This document shows positions 8,454 through 15,215 of a DNA stretch of 42,462 bases, piece after piece. The first letter of the stretch is position 1, and every line of letters starts with the position of its first letter. Source of the stretch: a virus; the IMG/VR virus record IMGVR_UViG_3300027852_000076; one strand, given 5' to 3'. Under the pieces are notes generated by a model. That model searched no databases. It saw only the letters and a list, made by a program, of their open reading frames with translations, and was not told where the DNA came from. The translations under genes and the position numbers were made by a program.

Positions 8454-8870
8454 TTAGTCGATCGGGGTTAATACAACCGTTGCACTAATTTCAAGTTTAA
8501 ATGTTTTAGGCTTAGCTTTAGGGTTTTCCAAGGAATGTTTTACTACTGTGTTTGAATAGACTGAAATTAATCCGTTAGTATCTTCTGTTGTACCCTTAAA
8601 AGAATATTCCCCTGCCACCGGCGGTTTAAATATAACGGAATACTTTGGGACAGTTTGGTTTTTCTGTAAAACTTTCAACTTTGGTAAAAATAACTTATCC
8701 CCTGGACCTTTTACGAAAATATCAAATTGTTTAATTTCATTTATTTTCATTTTCGTACCATCTTCGCGTTCAAGTTGGTGTTCCCATTTCAGGGAAATAT
8801 CACTTGGTTCAGCAAACACACTGGTAGAAAGTATTAGGGGTAAAAATTTAATCACATTCATATTATTCAT
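8454..8870 (-). CDS. Secreted protein with a cleavable-type signal peptide and an FN3/Ig-like body
   Basis: N-terminus MNNMNVIKFLPLILSTSVFAEP, with no lipobox Cys. The body is beta-rich (…YSVIFKPPVAGEYSFKGTTEDTNGLISVYSNTV). Confidence 0.6.
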   Translation of the reverse strand: MNNMNVIKFLPLILSTSVFAEPSDISLKWEHQLEREDGTKMKINEIKQFDIFVKGPGDKLFLPKLKVLQKNQTVPKYSVIFKPPVAGEYSFKGTTEDTNGLISVYSNTVVKHSLENPKAKPKTFKLEISATVVLTPID

Positions 8871-9141
8871 CCCCTGGACCTTCCTTAATATCTGTTATGC
8901 GTCGATGATGCATTAAATGCCCATGTATGTCGTCCACTTGTCGCTTCATTAGATTAAATTCCCCCAAGGATAAGTTAGCCTCATGTTGCCACTTTTCTAA
9001 ACTGTCTATTCTGGAAACTTGTCGGCTAAAGGTAAATTTCCAAAGAAATACTAAACCTCCCCAAAGGATGACAATTCCACCTACTAAAACATTTGTAAAA
9101 TTTTCCATTAATATTAATCCTAGACGAGCAACCATTAGCAT
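8863..9141 (-). CDS. Type II membrane protein: N-terminal TM segment plus a charged helical C-terminus
   Basis: TM segment FTNVLVGGIVILWGGLVFLWKF, followed by SRIDSLEKWQHEANLSLGEFNLMKRQVDDIHGHL. The topology is i-spanin-like. The start could be the internal MENFTN. Confidence 0.55.
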   Translation of the reverse strand: MLMVARLGLILMENFTNVLVGGIVILWGGLVFLWKFTFSRQVSRIDSLEKWQHEANLSLGEFNLMKRQVDDIHGHLMHHRRITDIKEGPGDE

Positions 9142-9170
9142 AATTAGAACCTTCAGGGGGTAAGTCTAGT

Positions 9171-9455
9171 TCAAATAAAATTTAAAACTACAATCTTATA
9201 AAACAATACCGAAACAATACTTCCCATAATAACGTAATCATACCATCGATATTGAGCGAGCTTATCATCACGATTACTTTCAAATTCACTATTCTCATAA
9301 TCGAACCTAATAGGGTGAACATTATCTGGAATATTATTAGTCCTATTTGTGCGTACAACTTTCTTAGCGCCGTGATCATATTTAAAACCAGGAACCGGCT
9401 TTCGCTTTACAGGTTTAATTTTAAATAGTTCTGGATCGGTTTTTAACTCTTTCAT
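9171..9455 (-). CDS. Tail-anchored membrane protein (basic N-terminus, C-terminal TM)
   Basis: Start moved to the ATG at 9455, which has AGGAA 6 nt upstream. C-terminal TM segment WYDYVIMGSIVSVLFYKIVVLNFI. Confidence 0.55.
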   Translation of the reverse strand: MKELKTDPELFKIKPVKRKPVPGFKYDHGAKKVVRTNRTNNIPDNVHPIRFDYENSEFESNRDDKLAQYRWYDYVIMGSIVSVLFYKIVVLNFI

Positions 9456-9720
9456 AATGATTCCTAGTTTTTCAGCAAGTATATGGTAAAGGCTCAACAG
9501 TGTACATTTTCGGCTAAACAGAGTTTTGGTCCAATGTCAAAATGTAAATAAACGGGCTTAATTGATCATTAATTGACCATGTTGTAATTCCACTCTGGCT
9601 TCCCCGCCACTGCACGTAAGCAAAAAGGCGCTACCCATGTACCACCCACTGCCCAAAAGGCACCACCAGCAAGCTAAAAAGCGGGTAGGATTCGATTATC
9701 AGGGTGGATTCTTGGTATTT

Positions 9721-10260
9721 TTAGCTCAAATCATCAGAAAGTAGCGAATTCCACATCATCGAAACGTATTCGGCTTGATGGCGGGCATCGTCCAACGCGT
9801 TGTGCGCAGTGCCTGAAACTTTTCCATCGAAACCGCCCCTGGCCGACTCGTACAAATCTTTAATCGTTCGGCAGTCACGAACATTCCAATGTTTCCACGG
9901 AATTTTTAAATCGCTTTGGTGATACGCATTTTCAAGAATTGAAATATCAAACGTTGGCCCATTGCCCCAAACTTTTACATCCCCTGGTAACCACTCGGAA
10001 AACTTTCCAAGCACATCGGGTAATTCCTCCATGCCAAATAAACATTCCCGCGCTGCAGTAGATTGTTTTGCCCACCAGCGTTTTGTATCCAGGGAAATAA
10101 TTCGATCTTGGTTTTCCCAATCCAATTCCTCGTAAAAAGTTTTACTGCAAGTTTTCCCACGGCGCGGGTCGAACAGCACGGCACCAATGGAAACTATCGG
10201 GGCATCCGGTTTTGTGCCCATTGTTTCAAGATCAATCATCACATCTCTTAATTCACTCAT
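9721..10260 (-). CDS. DEDDh 3'-5' exonuclease (DnaQ/KapD/Rv2179c-like)
   Basis: ExoI MIDLETMG, ExoII GNGPTFDISIL and ExoIII HNALDDARHQA. GGAG lies upstream of the ATG. Confidence 0.85.
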   Translation of the reverse strand: MSELRDVMIDLETMGTKPDAPIVSIGAVLFDPRRGKTCSKTFYEELDWENQDRIISLDTKRWWAKQSTAARECLFGMEELPDVLGKFSEWLPGDVKVWGNGPTFDISILENAYHQSDLKIPWKHWNVRDCRTIKDLYESARGGFDGKVSGTAHNALDDARHQAEYVSMMWNSLLSDDLS

Positions 10261-10819
10261 ACATTTTGCTCCGGTCTATTTAAGCCTAATTGCTTACTGT
10301 AAAAAATGTTATTTGTATTTAAGGGTAAACACACTAGAAGATCACCTGTTACCGCACCTTTAATTTGCTCCAGGTTCTTAAAAAAAACTTTTTTCAATGA
10401 CTTACATGCGAAAAATGAGTTTTAGCGGTGTGTTTTCTTAGATTATTAGATTTTTTCACTACCTATATACCCTTATAGGAAATTATTTGAATAATACTAC
10501 TGTTTCTTTGGACAGTGTCTTTTATTTTCTATAGGTATAAGATACCCTTTTTTATTCTATCTAATCTAACTATTATCAATATTAATAACTCACTGGGTTT
10601 CCTTAATGGCAATTTACATTATTATAAAATACAATTAATAAATATTAGGAACACTGGTTATATGTTGTTCCACTGTGAGTTGTGCCTTTTAAATTCGGGA
10701 AAGTGCAGTTTTGAACAACGCTGATAGATTTTCCACCTATAAATATTATTCAAAACTACCACCCTGGTTATGAGTTTTTTCTATCTTTAAGGCTCATTTG
10801 GTTAAATAGTGTATAAGTT
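10261..10819. other. 559-bp AT-rich region with no convincing gene, the largest gap in the genome. Candidate origin, promoter region or ncRNA.
   Basis: All minus-strand ATGs here hit stops within 10 codons. The only plus ORF (10515-10724) is low-complexity and antisense to its neighbours. ACCTATA/TATAGGT motifs occur at 10461, 10531 (inverted) and 10734. Confidence 0.6.
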
Positions 10820-13800
10820 TCACGCTAAAATACCGTCAACCCACTTTACCCCGTAAACTTTCATTGTTCGTGAACCGCCTTCCTTAACCACTAATTCATT
10901 ATCACGCAACGCACTATAGAAGTTATTCCGTCCCACTGGCTTAGTGAAATTATCATCACACCAAAAGCAATATTCCCCGTAAACCTTTCGCGCTTTTAAG
11001 CAATCAGCACTGTTTGTAATTTCTAAACATTCTTCGATAAATAGTTCCACATCTTCATCTTGCGCCATGTTGTTTCCCTCCTCATCCACAACACCATCAA
11101 AATCATAAATTTCTTCCCCTAACCACTTCCCACCATAAATGTATTTTAGGTTATTGGCCCCCGTCCTCACTGTTAAGTGGCCTTGCTCAATGTTCTGGTA
11201 GAAGGTATTCCGGCCCAAGGGTTTGGCACCGTTATCATCACACCATGCACAATAATCACCGTAGATGCTTTGGGCCACTCCAGCCCTGGTGTACCCGCTA
11301 TAGTTGACCCGATCCCTATCCAGTATAAATTTCTCAGAAATGTATCGAGCCAATGGATTGGAGCGCATAAATAGATCGTCCGTAGCGGCCTGAACGCTTT
11401 CCGGAACAAGAAACTTACTACCGCGCTCTTTGAAACGGCATAGACCTTGGGCCACCCTATTCAGCACCCCGCTTATTTCCTCCGGATCACTAAGGATTGT
11501 TTTCACCCGATCAGGGTCTTCCTTTCCAGCTTGCCTAAATTGTTGGTTGAATGGGATAACCTGAATCCGTTCTCGCAATGCGTCACCTGTTTCAGCAAGG
11601 CGCACATTACTGTTAGTGGAAACAACAACAGTACCTCTGTATTGAAAATCGAATTCATCCACGCCTTTGGGGTTGGCGCTCATAATAGTATTCTCAGATA
11701 GCTTTTTAATCAGTGCGTCATTAAGCCGAACATTATTACTCAGCTCTTGAATACCGATAACCTTTTTCCCAACTAAGTCAGCCGTTGCGTGGTTATTACT
11801 TATCCCGTTGGTTTTCACCACTAGGTTTTCATCAGCCGCTTTATATTCCGCGCCCACCAATGCCTGGATAATTTTCATCAATGTGGTTTTACCATCGCCC
11901 CCTGGCCCTTTGAATATGCAAAAGAGCCGCCCGTTTTTCTCGTTCTGAATCATATAGCCGAACAATTCCCAGAAGTGCCGGATAATTTCCAGCTTGTCTT
12001 CATACTTGGAAAATATTTCATCCACAGTTTTATCCACAAGCTGGCATGTCGAATCGGGGGCATAGTTCGCCTGTAAACATTCCGTCAAATAACTATTAGG
12101 CTGGTGCCGCTTTAATCGCATGTCGCCGGTATCATCCTTAGACCACAATTCCCCATTTAGACAATTAAACACGGGTTTTTTAATATTTGAATAGTTGAAA
12201 ATTTTAGTAGCACTCAAGGCGCGTGAACTAATCACCAGGGATGAGCTACTTTCTATGGCTTTGGCTTCATCTATTTCTACGCCGAAACTATCTTTTAAAG
12301 TATCAACCGCCAAACTTAGTGTTCGTTTTAATCTATCGCGGCTGATCGGTACCCAGTGTGTTTTTTTGAAAATCCAAATCTGACCGTTTGGTTCCACTAA
12401 TAAATGCTTCCCCTTGCTATATGTCCATTCCAGGGTCCGAGTAGCAACAACCTTTGGGAAAGAATCTCTACAGCCGATAACCAACTCAGCGTTAATGCGT
12501 TTTAATGATCTGCGGGTAACTACCTTTGCTTGAATGAGGGTTTCTTCTGCCCGCTCCTTTTCAATAATTCCGGCACGGTTGATTGTTCGCAAACAGTTCA
12601 ACAATTCGCTTTCCGGAATTAAATCCTTATCGGGGTAATCGCCTATAAGTGTTCGAGTAAGTGCTAATGCATAACCTTCGGCAAAATGTTCTTCACCCAT
12701 CGCGCCGATTGTTTCACCTTCCCCTGCTTCGATCGTTTTTTGCATACCTTCGGATATGCTGGTTTTATCATCCTGCAAACCGTCATCATCTTCACTATCA
12801 TGGTTATCACCGAGGCCATCATCGCCGAGGCCATCGTCACCCAAGTCATCGTCACCCAGGGCATCATCGCTGAAGCTATCGTCACCGAGGGCATCGTCAC
12901 CTAGGCCATCAAAATCAAGTACAGCACGTACATCAGAAGAAACGACACCTTTCCTATCTAGCTCATAAACAAGACTACCGGCTGTTCGGCTTATTGTTTT
13001 TTCATCACCTAATGATTCCCAGCGATTGCGAATAATATTTTCATCATCCTGGAAACTTTCGTCACTAATGGACCACTGTATAAATTCCTCCAAGCCCTCA
13101 CCCCCCGTTGCATGGTGGCAAGACATTAAGAATGGTTCCCAGGTATCGTTTGTGTTATATTCGGTCGGGTCGAGCTTGCTTAAAACAAGTTCCTCTAATT
13201 GCATTCCGGAAAAGGAACCGTATCCGTGACCGCTTATTTGGGTTGGCACAACATCGCGGCTTATCGATTCCATAAATTTGACGGAAAGAGTTTGAGGTGT
13301 AGTTGGGTTATCCCATGTGTAATATCCCCCATTGGGATGCCTGCTACCGACACCAATTACGTACCCGCCTTTTTTCTTGAAATCTATTCCAGGTAACTCC
13401 GGCACTGCTTTTCGTATTCGATGGAAATCATACAATTCATCGAAATCATCCAGGGGCAATTTACAATAAATGTGATACCCGCCGCCGCCAGTCTTAGCCA
13501 CCATGTTTTCCCACAACATTGCATCAAACGATTCATAACCCAACATAGTTGCTAGTCGTTGTTCTGAATCAATTCCGTCTTCGTAATTCCGAGGATCACA
13601 ATCAATAACTAAATCATTTTCACCTAAACGAACTCCAAGGTTTAATCCGCCTTCGGCGTACTTTTTATATTCACTAGCTGTTTGTTTATAGTTGCGAATA
13701 TCCCATTGAGCATGAAATGGTGTTTTACCTTTTGGGACCACCCGTGGTTCACCGGATTTTGTTTTGACTATCGTTTGACTATTCCAAGGACGAATGGGGA

Positions 13801-13891
13801 AAATGTAATAGGGCTCATTATCACCAATCCTGTTAGAATTATCGTTAGAATACGGGCGTAATGTTTTCGTGGTTATATTGGATTTTGTCAT
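10820..13891 (-). CDS. Primase-helicase: Prim-Pol (AEP) + PriCT-2 + acidic LGDD repeat linker + D5/P4-type SF3 helicase + duplicated C-terminal winged-helix-like domain
   Basis: AEP-like VIDCDPRN...GGGGYHIYCKLP, PriCT-2-like WEPFLMSCHHATGGEGLEEFIQWS and Walker A GPGGDGKTT. Two C-terminal copies of YG[DE]YC[AF]WCDDN..KP[LV]GRN.FY. Confidence 0.85.
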   Translation of the reverse strand: MTKSNITTKTLRPYSNDNSNRIGDNEPYYIFPIRPWNSQTIVKTKSGEPRVVPKGKTPFHAQWDIRNYKQTASEYKKYAEGGLNLGVRLGENDLVIDCDPRNYEDGIDSEQRLATMLGYESFDAMLWENMVAKTGGGGYHIYCKLPLDDFDELYDFHRIRKAVPELPGIDFKKKGGYVIGVGSRHPNGGYYTWDNPTTPQTLSVKFMESISRDVVPTQISGHGYGSFSGMQLEELVLSKLDPTEYNTNDTWEPFLMSCHHATGGEGLEEFIQWSISDESFQDDENIIRNRWESLGDEKTISRTAGSLVYELDRKGVVSSDVRAVLDFDGLGDDALGDDSFSDDALGDDDLGDDGLGDDGLGDNHDSEDDDGLQDDKTSISEGMQKTIEAGEGETIGAMGEEHFAEGYALALTRTLIGDYPDKDLIPESELLNCLRTINRAGIIEKERAEETLIQAKVVTRRSLKRINAELVIGCRDSFPKVVATRTLEWTYSKGKHLLVEPNGQIWIFKKTHWVPISRDRLKRTLSLAVDTLKDSFGVEIDEAKAIESSSSLVISSRALSATKIFNYSNIKKPVFNCLNGELWSKDDTGDMRLKRHQPNSYLTECLQANYAPDSTCQLVDKTVDEIFSKYEDKLEIIRHFWELFGYMIQNEKNGRLFCIFKGPGGDGKTTLMKIIQALVGAEYKAADENLVVKTNGISNNHATADLVGKKVIGIQELSNNVRLNDALIKKLSENTIMSANPKGVDEFDFQYRGTVVVSTNSNVRLAETGDALRERIQVIPFNQQFRQAGKEDPDRVKTILSDPEEISGVLNRVAQGLCRFKERGSKFLVPESVQAATDDLFMRSNPLARYISEKFILDRDRVNYSGYTRAGVAQSIYGDYCAWCDDNGAKPLGRNTFYQNIEQGHLTVRTGANNLKYIYGGKWLGEEIYDFDGVVDEEGNNMAQDEDVELFIEECLEITNSADCLKARKVYGEYCFWCDDNFTKPVGRNNFYSALRDNELVVKEGGSRTMKVYGVKWVDGILA
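12800..12915 (-). repeat. Imperfect 15-bp coding repeats giving about 8 copies of (L/F)(G/S)DDx
   Basis: Protein segment DGLGDDALGDDSFSDDALGDDDLGDDGLGDDGLGDN. DNA units of the gccatcgtcaccsag type were read directly. Confidence 0.85.
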
Positions 13892-13996
13892 TAGGTGAGT
13901 TCCAAGCTAGTGTTGAAATTATTCCATTAAAAGCGGGGTGACCTTTCCTTTTAATAGCATTGCGCTAAAAATCTTGTTTCCCGCTCAAGTGCTTAT

Positions 13997-14293
13997 TTAT
14001 AATTCTTCATCCTCATGGAACCGTTCTAGTTGGTTGCTACCTTTTTGAATAAAAAGATCAGGGCGCATATATTTCAAGGTGAATTTTTCAGCTAGGACTG
14101 GGTTTTGTTCCACCTTAGTAACGCCTTGGCCAGTTATATAACCCTGCTTTTCCCAGGCGCGAATAGCTGTATAGCGAACATCAAGCATTAAGCTCAAATG
14201 TTTGACGCTACCTGCGTATTCGATCAACTCCCCCAGCACCTTAGCTTTATAGTCTTCAAGTTCGTGTTCTCGCATATTCATCATAGTATTCAC
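13997..14293 (-). CDS. Cro/YdaS-like helix-turn-helix regulator
   Basis: HTH GSVKHLSLMLDVRYTAIRAWEKQGYI and C-terminal LKYMRPDLF. It is the first gene of the leftward arm. GTG start with AGGAAA 9 nt upstream. Confidence 0.65.
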   Translation of the reverse strand: MNTMMNMREHELEDYKAKVLGELIEYAGSVKHLSLMLDVRYTAIRAWEKQGYITGQGVTKVEQNPVLAEKFTLKYMRPDLFIQKGSNQLERFHEDEEL

Positions 14294-14339
14294 CTGTACA
14301 GTTTTCCTTCTAACTTATGAACCGATTTATGTTAAGCAG

Positions 14340-14368
14340 TTGACACTGCATACGTAACAAACTACATT
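14340..14368 (+). promoter_or_regulatory. Candidate sigma70-type rightward early promoter
   Basis: TTGACA (14340-14345), a 17-nt spacer, then TACATT (14363-14368). Confidence 0.4.
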
Positions 14369-14392
14369 AGTTCATCCGGTTAATAATATCAA
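14364..14392 (-). promoter_or_regulatory. Candidate sigma70-type leftward promoter. Its -10 box overlaps the -10 box of the rightward promoter.
   Basis: On the minus strand: TTGATA (14392-14387), a 17-nt spacer, then TAATGT (14369-14364). Confidence 0.3.
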
Positions 14393-14418
14393 GCCGGAAA
14401 ACTGGTTGAAGATTGAGC

Positions 14419-14429
14419 GACATAATATG
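14419..14429. promoter_or_regulatory. Operator-like motif GACATAATATG, copy 1 (contains the 9-bp palindrome CATA-A-TATG)
   Basis: Exact 11-mer shared with 14489-14499 and 15205-15215. Confidence 0.5.
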
Positions 14430-14488
14430 ACGCACCGCTGCTATATCGCTTTACTGGATGAAAATTAGCCTGATTCGCACCCAGTATT

Positions 14489-14499
14489 GACATAATATG
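14489..14499. promoter_or_regulatory. Operator-like motif GACATAATATG, copy 2, 70 bp from copy 1 and overlapping a TTGACA hexamer
   Basis: Exact 11-mer repeat in the divergent control region. Confidence 0.5.
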
Positions 14500-14577
14500 G
14501 CAAGTTTTTTCAGGGTGATAATACTGTTTACCTTAGTTTTCAACACCTTAACTTATGTTTTTAAAGGGTTTTATATA

Positions 14578-15150
14578 ATGAGTACTCCGAAAATTGTTTT
14601 TCAAATTGACCTCACACCAGATAACGATGACTTAATTCAGGCTATCCGCGACCTTGTTGCCGGAAACCCGTCCGAGTCAGCCCCCGAAGGTAAGGCCAAG
14701 GGCAAATCTAAAGCCCGTGACGCGAAAGAAGGAGGCCGGGCTGAAGACGTCACCCTGGATGATATTAAAGCCGCTGCAAAAGAAGCTAAGGCCACATTCG
14801 GTAATGATTTTGCACACGCCGTACTTGATGATTTTGAAGTGCGTGAAGTAACTCAGTTGGGTAGACGAATATCCGCTATCGAGGAAGAAGACTACGCCGA
14901 AATTATTCAAGCCTGGGCAGATGGTCCCCAGGATGATGAAGCAGATGAAGATGAAGACGATTTTGATGATGAAGAAGATGAGGCAGAAATTACGGCTGAC
15001 TCTGTAAAAATCGCTCTAAAAGCTTACGCCAAAGAAGTCGGGCGTGACGATGCGCGGAAAATTATGACTAAACACGGGGCCGCCAGTCTAACCAAGGTGG
15101 CCGAGTGTACGCCAAAACAATTAGCGGCAATGATGAAAGCGCTCGTTTAA
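14578..15150 (+). CDS. Acidic early protein with two helix-hairpin (SAP/HeH-like) motifs
   Basis: The start at the ATG 14578 (MSTPKIVFQ) is preferred over the track start at 14497, which lies inside operator copy 2. Central segment DDEADEDEDDFDDEEDEAE. Two motifs: VTLDDIKAAAKEAK and ITADSVKIALKAYAKEVG...TPKQLAAMMKAL. Confidence 0.6.
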   Translation: MSTPKIVFQIDLTPDNDDLIQAIRDLVAGNPSESAPEGKAKGKSKARDAKEGGRAEDVTLDDIKAAAKEAKATFGNDFAHAVLDDFEVREVTQLGRRISAIEEEDYAEIIQAWADGPQDDEADEDEDDFDDEEDEAEITADSVKIALKAYAKEVGRDDARKIMTKHGAASLTKVAECTPKQLAAMMKALV

Positions 15151-15204
15151 TGACAACCTGCGCCCTGCTTTTATTCCAATAGCGGGGCGTATGGAAATGG
15201 GTTC

Positions 15205-15215
15205 GACATAATATG
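15205..15215. promoter_or_regulatory. Operator-like motif GACATAATATG, copy 3. It overlaps the ATG start of the DUF2800 nuclease gene.
   Basis: Exact 11-mer repeat in the 15151-15212 intergenic spacer. Confidence 0.5.

Noticed and set aside
9540-9625. 26-codon minus-strand ORF MGSAFLLTCSGGEARVELQHGQLMIN, considered as a possible lipoprotein or o-spanin
   Set aside because: LLTC is not a canonical lipobox. The signal region has no basic residue. The product is too short, and the ORF is not adjacent to any lysis gene.
9677-9695. Minus-strand string TCGAATCCTACCCGCTTTT resembling a tRNA T-loop and acceptor 3' end. It could be an attP core or a tRNA gene.
   Set aside because: The 5' T-stem partner and the rest of a cloverleaf are absent. 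The genome has no integrase, so a tRNA-derived attachment core is unsupported. It is probably chance similarity within the 9498-9720 spacer.
10515-10724. 69-aa plus-strand ORF in the AT-rich gap
   Set aside because: It has a GTG start, no RBS and a low-complexity Ile/Asn/Leu/Phe composition driven by AT richness. It is oriented against both flanking genes.
12661-12968. Cluster of overlapping ORFs on both strands (His/Arg/Ser/Pro-rich) inside the primase-helicase gene
   Set aside because: They coincide exactly with the acidic LGDD 15-bp repeats. They are low-complexity alternate-frame translations of a repeat inside a well-supported 1023-aa gene.
14497-14577. Track start at 14497 for the first rightward gene, which would add a hydrophobic 27-aa N-terminus
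   Set aside because: That ATG is part of operator motif copy 2 (GACATAATATG) and lies in the presumed leader. The ATG at 14578 gives a compact, uniformly hydrophilic protein. I kept 14578 but cannot exclude the longer form.
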